Below, piece by piece: positions 19,145 through 28,335 of a stretch of DNA of 46,927 nucleotides (position 1 is the first letter of the stretch; each line of letters opens with the position of its first letter). The stretch is from assembly GCA_025464585.1 (NCBI GenBank), contig JAODGL010000092.1, positions 1 to 46,927 on the forward strand. The letters run 5' to 3'. The notes under the pieces are model-generated. The model was not told the DNA's origin. It saw only the letters and a list, made by a program, of their open reading frames with translations, and did no database searches. The translations under genes and the position numbers were made by a program. This DNA is from Methanosarcinales archaeon. Its GTDB lineage: Archaea > Halobacteriota > Syntropharchaeia > Alkanophagales > Methanospirareceae.

Positions 19145-19720
19145 ATGTCACGAGAAGAAGAGATGGAAAAACTGGAAGAAGAGATAAAAGAATGTCGGCG
19201 TTGCGAATTATGGCAAACGAGGACCAATCCTGTTGCTGGCGAAGGCTCGTTATCCGCGAAAGTAATGTTCATAGGCGAAGCCCCGGGTTACTACGAAGAT
19301 TTAAAAGGCAGACCATTTGTGGGTAAAGCGGGAAAGATACTTGATGAATTGTTGTGGTCAGTAGGGTTAGAGAGAAGTGAGGTTTATATAGCCAATGTGC
19401 TAAAATGCCGACCACCGGGGAATAGAAATCCAACAACCACAGAGATAAAAGCATGTACTCCTTACCTGGATGCACAAATAGAAATCATTGAACCCGGAGT
19501 TATCGCTACACTTGGGAACTTTTCGTTGGGTTATATCTTCGATAAATTCTGTATAAAGAAGGATAAAATAAGTAGAATACATGGTAAAGTCTTTAAGGTA
19601 GGCACGATTGTGGGTATTAAAAATGTGGTCGCTTTGTATCATCCGGCAGTTGCCACCTACAATCCGGGGATGAAAGAGGTATTGGTTAAGGATTTTAAGG
19701 CGCTGGCGAATTGCTTTTAA
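19145..19720 (+). CDS. udg: Uracil-DNA glycosylase family 4
   Basis: CRRC, GEAPG, GRPFVGKAG, NVLKCRPPGNR and YHPA motifs. Confidence 0.93.
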   Translation: MSREEEMEKLEEEIKECRRCELWQTRTNPVAGEGSLSAKVMFIGEAPGYYEDLKGRPFVGKAGKILDELLWSVGLERSEVYIANVLKCRPPGNRNPTTTEIKACTPYLDAQIEIIEPGVIATLGNFSLGYIFDKFCIKKDKISRIHGKVFKVGTIVGIKNVVALYHPAVATYNPGMKEVLVKDFKALANCF

Positions 19721-19734
19721 ATTTTAAATTCAAA

Positions 19735-20499
19735 TTAAACAATCTGTTTCACTATCCTTCTCACAGCAGCAACAGAGGGTGCATCGTCGGGTAAATTCAC
19801 AATTGGGATGCCTTTTAAGTCATATTCCGGGATTAACGGATCAAAAGGTACTATTTCCTCTATTTCAAGGTCATGTTTCTTCGCTTCTTCTATTATCAGC
19901 TCCTCACTGCCCTCCGGTATCTTATTCGCTACATTCATCATCTTCTTCACGTCAGCATCTATCTCCTCTGCAACCTTTCTTAGCCGCAATGCTGTTTTCA
20001 TGCTCTTCACTGTTGTATCCAGCACCACAAGCATGACATCCACGTCCCTCGTGGTTCTTCTGCTGAGATGCTCCAGACCTGCTTCGCAATCTATCACCGT
20101 GTAATCGTAGTTCTTGGTCAACGTATCGAGGATCATTCTTATTATATGATTTACCGGGCAGTAGCAACCCGGTCCCTCAGGGCGCCCCATAACCAGCAGG
20201 TCATACTGGTCCTCCTCCACTATTATCTCAGCTATTTTACCCTCAAATTCTGACCTCACGTCTAATGTCACGTCCCGATGCTTGTCTTCCAGCAAACTCT
20301 CTCTTATATCGCCTGTGGTCTTATCATAGGATATACCGAGTGCATCAGGCAAATTTGAATCCGCGTCTGCATCTATGGCTAAAATGCAGATGTCGTCTTG
20401 GGCTTTATACTTCAGTATTTCCCTGATTAACAGAGCTGCGATAGCTGTTTTCCCGGTACCACCTTTGCCAGATACGCTTACTACTTTGCCCTTTCTCAT
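19735..20499 (-). CDS. cooC: CooC/AcsF-type nickel-insertion ATPase (CODH/ACS maturation)
   Basis: SGKGGTGKT, DADADSNL, GPGCYC and DCEAGLEHLSRRT. ATG start at 20499 (GTG at 20508 possible). Confidence 0.88.
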   Translation of the reverse strand: MRKGKVVSVSGKGGTGKTAIAALLIREILKYKAQDDICILAIDADADSNLPDALGISYDKTTGDIRESLLEDKHRDVTLDVRSEFEGKIAEIIVEEDQYDLLVMGRPEGPGCYCPVNHIIRMILDTLTKNYDYTVIDCEAGLEHLSRRTTRDVDVMLVVLDTTVKSMKTALRLRKVAEEIDADVKKMMNVANKIPEGSEELIIEEAKKHDLEIEEIVPFDPLIPEYDLKGIPIVNLPDDAPSVAAVRRIVKQIV

Positions 20500-20553
20500 A
20501 AGATTCACCTTGTTTGGACCAAAATTCAGATAAATAGGGAAAAAATAAATCTT

Positions 20554-20799
20554 TCACCTCTTTGTTAACGCTCCACCCAGAATAGCACCTAAAAATGCAC
20601 CCGCGCCTGCGGCAATCAAAGGTAATGCAAGCGTCAATATTGCATTAGCACGAGCTGCCCTTCTTTTCTTTTCCTCCTCACGAACTCTTCGCAGTCTCTC
20701 TTCTTCAACGTAATCTATGGTTCTTTCTAAACGATTGAAAAACTCCTCTGATGTTATATCTCCAAGTGTAGTATCTCCCCACTTCATCTCTCTTCTCAT
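20554..20799 (-). CDS. Small hypothetical protein with C-terminal Gly-rich TM helix
   Basis: Charged helix followed by LALPLIAAGAGAFLGAILGGAL; GAGGT upstream. Confidence 0.55.
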   Translation of the reverse strand: MRREMKWGDTTLGDITSEEFFNRLERTIDYVEEERLRRVREEEKKRRAARANAILTLALPLIAAGAGAFLGAILGGALTKR

Positions 20800-20857
20800 T
20801 AATATACTTACCTCTTACTTCTATATAACTTTTTCATCTGCTTATTTGCGTCATATG

Positions 20858-20923
20858 CGTGACACTTCTGAATTTGCAGTTGAAGGTATCAGGCAATGGT
20901 GGAAAGTATCGGGAAAAAAGTAC
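20858..20923 (+). mobile_element. Short fragment of an ISAzo13-family transposase
   Basis: Translation RDTSEFAVEGIRQWWKVSGKKY resembles the DTxEFAVxxIxxWW motif of this family (recalled). Confidence 0.55.
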
Positions 20924-20999
20924 CAGATAAGCCCAGAAGCAGCATGCAGAGATATATGACCACAGAGAAGGGGAAAAAAAATGATGGAGGAGGCAGGGT

Positions 21000-21665
21000 A
21001 TGGGGGTTGAGATTATAAAGCAGGCTGGGTATACAGAATTCCTCAACGAACTGAAAGAGCGCATCCGAATCGCCCAGACTAAAGCGGTTTTGAGCGTAAA
21101 TAGGGAATTAATTTCTCTTTACTGGGATATCGGTAAACGTATAGTTGTGAAACAGAAGGAGATGGGCTGGGGCAAGGGTGTAGTTGAGCAGTTAGCCACA
21201 GACCTGCGGCGAGAGTTTCCGGATGTAAAGGGGTTCTCGGCCAGGAACCTGTAGGATATGCGACGCTTTTACCTATCCTACAAAGACCATCCAAATCTGC
21301 GACAGGCTGTCGCAGAAATTCCATGGGGGCATAATCTTGCCATCATAAATAAGGTAAAAGACCAGTCTCAAAGGGAATGGTATATTCACCAAACAGTAGA
21401 AAATGGTTGGTCGAGGAACATCCTTATCCATCAGATAGAAAGCGACCTTTATGGGAGGCAGGCATCTGCACTCAAAACCACCAATTTCCCAGAGACGCTC
21501 CCATCTCCACAATCTGAACTGGTGGAACAGGCTATCAAAGATCCATACATTTTTGATTTTATCATGATCGAAAAAGATGCAAAGGAGCGGGAACTGGAAA
21601 AGGCGTTGACAGAAAAAACAATTCCAATTATATCCCATGCTTTTTGTTCATTGTTACAAACTTAA
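21000..21665 (+). pseudogene. YhcG/DUF1016 PD-(D/E)XK family gene with a nonsense codon and 3' truncation
   Basis: VNRELISLYWDIG, GFSARNL*DMRRFY (TAG at 21252), IPWGHN, WSRNIL and KDPYIFDF. Homology ends at ELEKAL, before the nuclease core. Confidence 0.85.
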
Positions 21666-21697
21666 GCTGTGGATATTCTTTTTTGAAATAATAAATA

Positions 21698-21715
21698 CCG
21701 AAAAGGTTTTTATAT
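21698..21715 (+). promoter_or_regulatory. BRE + TATA box
   Basis: CCGAAAAGG followed by TTTTTATAT. Confidence 0.55.
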
Positions 21716-21743
21716 GCTTTGACTATTATATCTTTGAGGTGAG

Positions 21744-21887
21744 TGACGCAGAAATCCTTCTTCGCTGCGTCATGAGGGAGGCATAGATAGAGACTGCGTG
21801 CATAGATTTTCAGCGGAGATGGTCAGGGCTTCGACCGCCCCGTTTTTAGCAGCGGGTTTAATTCCCGCAAGAGCGGCGGCTCTTTTT
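21744..21887 (+). other. Multi-hairpin element (candidate ncRNA or structured leader)
   Basis: Stems TGACGCAG/CTGCGTCA, GGTC/GACC, GCGGG/CCCGC and AAGAGC/GCTCTT, followed by a T-run. Confidence 0.35.
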
Positions 21888-21927
21888 CGCACTATGAGAG
21901 GAAGCAGAAAGTAAATAGGAGGCATAA

Positions 21928-22374
21928 ATGATGAATGATGCTGCCCAAAAATATTTGGAGGAAATATTGCAGAAAGTTCAACAAGGAAATGTGGTATTTT
22001 TTCTCGGAGCCGGCGCTTCTCATGCTGCAGGAGGACCAACTGGGAAAAAACTCACCGAGATGATAAAAGAGAGATTCCCTAAAATTAATTGGGCATCCAT
22101 TTTTACCACAAACTTTGATGACCTCATAGAACTTGCTTATCGTATATCTCCTCATGTATTTAAAATAATGGGCTCTATGACTGCCCTAGAGGGCGAAACT
22201 GGTTCTATGGTGCTATCTCGAGCCGATTACCATCAGTCACTTATAAGGCGCAGAAAATATTTAGAATTACTCTCCGATTTTATCAAAACGGGAACCATGA
22301 TTTTTGTTGGGTATAGTTTCCGAGACCGCTCATCATCGAATTATCGCAGAAAAAACAGTACAGTTTTTCTTTAG
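21928..22374 (+). pseudogene. SIR2-like (SIR2_2) domain gene remnant
   Basis: FFLGAGAS, IFTTNFDDLIE, KIMGS and IFVGYSFRD occur in order but are abnormally close; strong AGGAGG RBS. Confidence 0.75.
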
Positions 22375-22542
22375 AGATCCTGAAATGCAGAAGAATAATT
22401 TCCTAGAAATTTTTTAAGAGGCAAATTCAATGTTAATGGGCAGATTAAATTGATGGAAAAGACAGAAACAATCATACTATTAAATGATTCATAAAGATAC
22501 AGCCGATTTAAAAAAGAAAATAAAAGCCCAGTGGACTGCGTA

Positions 22543-25260
22543 TCACACCGCAAAATCCAACTGAGCATACACCTGTCGGTCCTTAAAGCACCGCAACGAC
22601 ATCGCACCCGAAGGGCAATAAGAAGCGCAGCTTCCACAACCTATGCAGCCATCACCGACCTTCGCAACCTTCTTCGTCCCCCCTACCACCGTCGCCACAC
22701 CGAAAGTAACCACCGGGACCGGTTCCTCCGTCAGCTCTATCGCCTCAACCGGACACATATCCACACACACGCCGCACCCTGAACATATTAGCTCATCCAC
22801 CACTGAAGTCACCGCAGGTGTTTCGAGGAAATCCTTCGCCAGCAGCACGCACGCCCTCGACGCCGCTGCACTGCTCATCGCTAAGCACTCGTCTATCATT
22901 GCGGGATAAACCGCAGAACCACAGATGAACACGCCCTCATTCACCGTGTCAACCGGTGTTAATACCATCTTCGGGCGCTCCTGCTCCTCCATAAAGAATC
23001 CATTTTTCAAAGGAATCATAAACATCCTGCTCAGTCGCTCGTTCTCCTCCGCAGGCATTGTCGGTGTGCTGAGCACCACCAAATCCGGCTTTATCTGTAT
23101 CTCATCGTTGAATATCACGTCATAGACCGAAACAATCCCGGCTTCGTATTTCGGCGGCTTATCCTTATCGTATCTGAGGAATATCACGCCTTTTTCCCTC
23201 GCTTCTTTATACAGCACTTCCCACTTTCCGTATGTTTTTATGTCCTGATACAGCACGAATACATTCGCATCCTGGTTCTTCTCTTTCGCTCTTAACGCAC
23301 CATCCACCACTTCAATCCCGCTGTACTTTGCATCTACCCCTTCCCCGGGTACATCTTGAATCAGCACGATTGTATTGGCATCCACTTTACCTGTTAGCAT
23401 GCGTCCAAATTCGCTCACCGTTACCACGTTCTTCTCTTTTCCATATCCATAGTATCCTTCATCAGGCACGAATTCCCTTGCTCCCGTTGCGATTACACAG
23501 GCGCCAAATTCTATCTCTTCATCCACTCCTTCTCCGGTTATCCTCGCTTTGAATGACCCCGCCCTTCCACGAATATCCTCTTCCTTTGCATTCGTGTACA
23601 CTTTTATTCGCTCGTTACTCGTTACTTTCTCAACAAACTCATTCAAAACGTCTGCCGCCTGCTCTCCACTTTGTAACTCCGGGATTGCTCTCAAACCACC
23701 GCCCAGCTCAGGTTCTTTCTCCACTAAATATACTTCATACCCCGCATCTGCAATCCCAAGCGCAGCATTCATCCCGGATACACCGCCGCCGATGACCAGT
23801 GCCTTCGGTATCACCGGATATCTCTCAACAGATATCTCTTCGAGATACTTCGCGCGTTCTACCGCCATTCTTAGCATATCCACCGCGGCTTCTGTTGCTC
23901 TTTTCGGCTCGTTCACCCACGCACATTGTTCGCGCAGATTCACGAACTCAAGTAAATAAGGGTTTAAACCTGCCCTCGCGCATGCATCCCTGACCATATC
24001 TTCATACTCTCGCGGTGAACATCCTGCAAATACTATCCTGTTCAAACCCTGGTCCACTATTCCACTTTCCAGCGCTTCCACCGCCTCTTTCATCGTGTTC
24101 GTCTCGCTGTTCACAAAAACGACTTCTTTCAGTTCTTTCACTTGCTCCGCAACCGCAGGTATATCCATCGCTTTCGATACTTCGCCATCACAGCCACAGA
24201 TAAAAATGCCTATCTTTGGCTCTTCACCCACTTCAATAAATTTATACTCCGCCTGCCCGGGAATTGGTTCCGTGCGCTGTGAAAGCCCAGCAGCCTTTAA
24301 TGCTGCACCACTCGCCTGTGCAACGCTCTCCCTTACCTTCATCGGTGCCGTTGCCGTTCCAGAAGCGAAAATCCCCGGAACACTCGTTTCCAGTGGGTTC
24401 GTGATGCTCGTCTCGATATATCCATATTTATCGGTTTTCACGCCCGTTATCTCTGCAAGCTTGCTTAACGTTTTCGATGGCAGCAAACCCATTGCGAGAA
24501 CCACCATATCAAGGTCTAATTGTTCTATCGTGCCTTTCTCAAGGTTCTCATACTTAACCGTCAGGGCTCCTTCTTCCGGAATCACCTCTGGAACTCGTGA
24601 CCTTATATATTTTACACCGTATTTGTCCTTTAACTCCGCCACCAATTCTTCATCTTTCCCAAATACCCTTATATCCATGTAGAAGATGTAAACCTCCGTG
24701 TCAGGGAATCTCTCTTTCACTACCCACGCCTCTTTCGCCGTGTAAGCACAGCACGCCGTAGAGCATATCTCGTTCTCCTGGCATCTTGACCCAACGCACT
24801 GGATGAATCCAATCCTTTTCACTCGCTTTCCATCCGATGGTCTTAGCAGTTCCCCTGTCTCACTCGCAGTAGCAGCCCTGAGAATGCCTTCAAAATCCAA
24901 AGAAGAAACGACATCCGGACTCCCAAATCCATAACTCTTCGCTACTTCGGGAATATCGTAACCTGGCGCTAACACCACGCTCTCCACTTCTACTTCCTTA
25001 CCCGAGGACACTTTCAGCTTGAAATTACCGGCTGAGCCTGATAAACCCTCTAACTCGCTTGACAGCATCAGTTCTATGTTTGGATGATTCTTCACCTTAA
25101 CCACGTATGGCGATAGCCCGGTCCTGCATTCTGCAAGCTCCGCCATCTTTCCTCCCAGCTCTGCGTTCTTCTCTATCAAATGTACTTTATAACCCGAATC
25201 TGCAAGGTCAAGAGCTGCTGTAATGCCTGCAACTCCTCCTCCAACAACTGCTATTCCCAT
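22543..25260 (-). CDS. hdrA: Heterodisulfide reductase subunit A-like, tandem two-FAD-module form
   Basis: GGGVAG, IQCVGSR..CSTACC, FYMDIR, ICGC..GCSP..NLREQCAW, a second GGGVSG, and C-terminal 2x CxxCxxCxxxCP. Confidence 0.9.
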   Translation of the reverse strand: MGIAVVGGGVAGITAALDLADSGYKVHLIEKNAELGGKMAELAECRTGLSPYVVKVKNHPNIELMLSSELEGLSGSAGNFKLKVSSGKEVEVESVVLAPGYDIPEVAKSYGFGSPDVVSSLDFEGILRAATASETGELLRPSDGKRVKRIGFIQCVGSRCQENEICSTACCAYTAKEAWVVKERFPDTEVYIFYMDIRVFGKDEELVAELKDKYGVKYIRSRVPEVIPEEGALTVKYENLEKGTIEQLDLDMVVLAMGLLPSKTLSKLAEITGVKTDKYGYIETSITNPLETSVPGIFASGTATAPMKVRESVAQASGAALKAAGLSQRTEPIPGQAEYKFIEVGEEPKIGIFICGCDGEVSKAMDIPAVAEQVKELKEVVFVNSETNTMKEAVEALESGIVDQGLNRIVFAGCSPREYEDMVRDACARAGLNPYLLEFVNLREQCAWVNEPKRATEAAVDMLRMAVERAKYLEEISVERYPVIPKALVIGGGVSGMNAALGIADAGYEVYLVEKEPELGGGLRAIPELQSGEQAADVLNEFVEKVTSNERIKVYTNAKEEDIRGRAGSFKARITGEGVDEEIEFGACVIATGAREFVPDEGYYGYGKEKNVVTVSEFGRMLTGKVDANTIVLIQDVPGEGVDAKYSGIEVVDGALRAKEKNQDANVFVLYQDIKTYGKWEVLYKEAREKGVIFLRYDKDKPPKYEAGIVSVYDVIFNDEIQIKPDLVVLSTPTMPAEENERLSRMFMIPLKNGFFMEEQERPKMVLTPVDTVNEGVFICGSAVYPAMIDECLAMSSAAASRACVLLAKDFLETPAVTSVVDELICSGCGVCVDMCPVEAIELTEEPVPVVTFGVATVVGGTKKVAKVGDGCIGCGSCASYCPSGAMSLRCFKDRQVYAQLDFAV

Positions 25261-25263
25261 TTC

Positions 25264-26130
25264 TCACACCACCTTCCCAACTATTTCTTTCGTATCTACG
25301 GCAGCTTTATCCAAACCGAGCTTTTTCGAGTCTATTCCCAGCGCGAGACCCAACAACTGCGTGATATAAATAACCGGCATGCCTATCTTGATATTTAATG
25401 CTTTTTCTATATCTGGCTGCTTCGCATCCAGCATCATGCCACACAGTGGACAGGCGAGTACAATACAATCTGCACCTGCACGTTTCGCCGCTTCCAATAC
25501 ATTCTTCGCCATCTCAAATGCTATGTCCGCTCTCGTCATCATCAGCGGACCGCCACAGCACTTTGTCTTCATGTAGCTAAAATCCACACATTCTCCACCT
25601 ATCAGCTCTATCAACTGGTCCATCAAAATCGGGTCGTCAGGGTCATCAAAAGCTGTTACCGGCGGTCTTCCTAGATAGCAGCCATAATACGGCGCTACTT
25701 TTACGTTCACTTTCTTCTCTATTTTTCTCTTCAATTCCTCCATTCCTATTTCATTTACGAACACATCCAGTACATGTCTTGCCTTTATCCCACCTTTATA
25801 GTCCAGCGAGCCATCTATGTCACGCATCTTTGCACGTAAACTCTCATCATTCTTTAGTGCTATGTTGCTCCTCTCTAAATTGTAATAACATATACTGCAC
25901 GGCGTTACGATGTCCAGACCCTCTTTCTCGGCAATCGCAAGATTTCTCGCATTTAACGCGTAAACCAGTATTGGATTCTCGGCTTCCGCAGCACCGCAAC
26001 AGTTCCAGTCTTCCACTTCCGCCAGTTCAATCCCTAATTTCTCGAACACTGCCCTTGTTGACATATCCTGATCCACTGCGGTACCAGCCGAAGGACAGCC
26101 AGGATAGTATGCCAATTTTTTCCCGTTCAT
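25264..26130 (-). CDS. hdrB: Heterodisulfide reductase subunit B
   Basis: YYPGC, WNCCG, PCSIC, PYYGC, KCCGG and ACPLC (two CCG domains). ATG at 26130 follows GGTGA. Confidence 0.93.
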   Translation of the reverse strand: MNGKKLAYYPGCPSAGTAVDQDMSTRAVFEKLGIELAEVEDWNCCGAAEAENPILVYALNARNLAIAEKEGLDIVTPCSICYYNLERSNIALKNDESLRAKMRDIDGSLDYKGGIKARHVLDVFVNEIGMEELKRKIEKKVNVKVAPYYGCYLGRPPVTAFDDPDDPILMDQLIELIGGECVDFSYMKTKCCGGPLMMTRADIAFEMAKNVLEAAKRAGADCIVLACPLCGMMLDAKQPDIEKALNIKIGMPVIYITQLLGLALGIDSKKLGLDKAAVDTKEIVGKVV

Positions 26131-26131
26131 T

Positions 26132-26728
26132 TCAATCACCTATTTTCTCAAATATCTTCTTCACTTCGTCAGTTCTCTTTATCTTCTCCGGGAACATTGC
26201 TTTCGGTCCCATCTTCCTCTTCTTAAACATCCGCATCCCGAAATCCTTGTAATCTTTCATCATTGCGCGCATACCCTTGATAAAAGACCCTTCCTTCTTC
26301 GGGTAATACTCCTTCGCCAGTCCTATATCATAGAGCCGCCCGTACTTTTCCAACTGATGCAGAAAAGCCTTATCAAAGAGTGGTCTGGGACTCTCTATCT
26401 TCAATTTGCCCGCTTCTTCTTCTTTCTCCGCTATCCGCCTTATCGCACTCAGCACATCGCTAACCACTACATCTTGCGGGCATCGAGCCGTGCACGTTTG
26501 ACAGATAAGACAAACCCACAGGTCCGGATTTGACAATACTTCCTCTCGCATGCCCAATAAACTCATCTGGATAATCTTCCTCGGATTGTAACTCGAAACG
26601 ATTTCCGTGATCGGGCATCCCAACGTACAGGTACTGCACTGGAAACATGCCGCAAGGTGCTCCCCTCCAGGCTCATTCATTATCTCGTTCCTGAAGTTCG
26701 GGTCCAACTCCCATGTTTTTATCGGCAT
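26132..26728 (-). CDS. hdrC: Heterodisulfide reductase subunit C
   Basis: CFQCSTCTLGCP, YNPRKII and LWVCLICQTCTARCP. Confidence 0.93.
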   Translation of the reverse strand: MPIKTWELDPNFRNEIMNEPGGEHLAACFQCSTCTLGCPITEIVSSYNPRKIIQMSLLGMREEVLSNPDLWVCLICQTCTARCPQDVVVSDVLSAIRRIAEKEEEAGKLKIESPRPLFDKAFLHQLEKYGRLYDIGLAKEYYPKKEGSFIKGMRAMMKDYKDFGMRMFKKRKMGPKAMFPEKIKRTDEVKKIFEKIGD

Positions 26729-26746
26729 TTTATTTTGTTCTTGTAC

Positions 26747-27811
26747 TTACCTTAATTTGTCTTCTAACTCCTCCTCTTCGTAAGTAACGAACGGCAGTGG
26801 CTCTTCAACATCCTTCCCAGGCACGTACTCGAAAATTTCCTGCACCTTCTTCGCAATCACCGGATAAAATCTCGTCAATGGGATGTCCTTCGGACAGGCA
26901 TCCTCGCAGGCACCACACCCAACACATGTCGTGCTGACATGGTAAACGCGCGTGAGATGGTACATTAATTGATTTGTAGGCACCGCTATTGCACCTCTTA
27001 GCTCGGCTAAGTTCAATAAATCACCGCTAACCGGGTTTCCTAAGGGCTGGTCGAAGAAACATTCCTTGCAGTAGCATACCGGACACATATCCCGGCAGTT
27101 CTTGCATACGATGCAATCCCTCAAAAACTCCTCTAACTCTTCCACGCTACTTGCCTTTGGCAATTCCTCCTCCTTCTTTTTCGCATCCGCTGCAATTTTC
27201 TCTTTCTCCTCTTCCCTCTCTATCTCCTTATCTTCCAGCGATAGTTCCAACGCAGACAATGCCTCTACGCCCATATCCGTTATTCCCGCAACCAGCACTT
27301 TCTCGCCGTCCACTCTCGCAATACCGATGTCTCCAACGTCTGCAAACCGGTTGTCACATATCTCGCAAGCTTCTCTTCTCGCAATCCCTTTCCCTTTCAG
27401 TTCCTCTATCTTCGCACTGTCCACCCAGTCGCCTATCTCCCCATAGTGGTCTGCATAATCCTGATTCTTGTACGTACCAGAACAATCCACGCTTATCAGA
27501 AGCACACTCTCCTTGTCCATCTGTTTCAACTTTATCAATTCTACCGCTGCTCTTATCTCACATGGCTTTGCCACAATTCCTATTTTCTCCGGTATCGTCC
27601 ATCCCTTTACGATATTCGCGGCATTCACACCGAATGAAGGAGCAAATATAGCAGGCACTGGCGGTTCTATCCTGTCCTTGTCTGTTGCCATCATATATGC
27701 CACATTATTTCCTACCTTATGTGGCAGAATCAGGCAATCCACAGCTTTCTTATCGAGCAATCCCTTAAATAACCCTTCCAAATCCTCATATTTTAACTCT
27801 GTTCCTTTCAT
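26747..27811 (-). CDS. FdhB/FrhB-family (F420-interacting) Fe-S subunit
   Basis: IGIVAKPCEIRA, ISVDCSG, REACEIC, CIVCKNCRDMCPVCYCKEC and CVGCGACEDACP. Confidence 0.8.
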   Translation of the reverse strand: MKGTELKYEDLEGLFKGLLDKKAVDCLILPHKVGNNVAYMMATDKDRIEPPVPAIFAPSFGVNAANIVKGWTIPEKIGIVAKPCEIRAAVELIKLKQMDKESVLLISVDCSGTYKNQDYADHYGEIGDWVDSAKIEELKGKGIARREACEICDNRFADVGDIGIARVDGEKVLVAGITDMGVEALSALELSLEDKEIEREEEKEKIAADAKKKEEELPKASSVEELEEFLRDCIVCKNCRDMCPVCYCKECFFDQPLGNPVSGDLLNLAELRGAIAVPTNQLMYHLTRVYHVSTTCVGCGACEDACPKDIPLTRFYPVIAKKVQEIFEYVPGKDVEEPLPFVTYEEEELEDKLR

Positions 27812-28239
27812 AGTATCTTACCTCTCATTGGATTAGGCCCCAATTTCTTTATGTCCTCCGCCATTTCCTTCATAACCCTTGCAAACTTATCCCCCTCGGA
27901 TGCGCTAATCCACTCTGCTCTAACCCGGTTATCCAGCCCGAACTGCTTCAGAATCGTCCTTATTGCCGCTATCCTGCGTCTGGCATAGAAGTTCCCCTTT
28001 ATATAATGACACTCCCCTGGATGACAACCCCCAATGAACACTGCGTCTGCACCATTTAACAGCACTTTGAGCACAAACATCGGATCTAACCTCCCTGAGC
28101 ACATAAGTCTTATTAGCCGAACATTCGGCGGGTATTTCTTACGTGATGTCCCTGCAAGGTCTGCGCCGGCATAAGTACACCAATTACAGGTAAGTCCGAT
28201 TATTTTCGGCTCAAATTCCCCCTTCGCTTCTTCTCCCAT
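27808..28239 (-). CDS. mvhD: MvhD/FlpD [2Fe-2S] subunit
   Basis: CNWCTYAGAD, MCSGR, GCHPGECHY and WISASEG. Confidence 0.95.
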   Translation of the reverse strand: MGEEAKGEFEPKIIGLTCNWCTYAGADLAGTSRKKYPPNVRLIRLMCSGRLDPMFVLKVLLNGADAVFIGGCHPGECHYIKGNFYARRRIAAIRTILKQFGLDNRVRAEWISASEGDKFARVMKEMAEDIKKLGPNPMRGKIL

Positions 28240-28310
28240 TTTTCCTTTTTCACTCCCTTATTTTCTTTGAATTTCTCTACCTCTAATAATATTCCCCTTT
28301 CTCTTTTTTC

Positions 28311-28327
28311 CATATATAAATTTTTCG
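28311..28327 (-). promoter_or_regulatory. BRE + TATA promoter of mvhD-fdhB-hdrCBA
   Basis: Minus strand reads CGAAAAA-TTTATATATG about 70 nt upstream of mvhD. Confidence 0.55.
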
Positions 28328-28335
28328 ATATTTTC

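Noticed and set aside
21252..21254. In-frame TAG in yhcG as pyrrolysine or amber readthrough
   Set aside because: TAG terminates conserved genes in this window (rpl19e, rps5, mtrE, mtrC, mtrA), no pyl genes are seen, and the gene is also 3'-truncated.
21845..21880. tRNA gene suggested by a T-arm-like hairpin
   Set aside because: The loop is TTTAATT rather than TTCRANY, and no acceptor, D or anticodon arms could be built.
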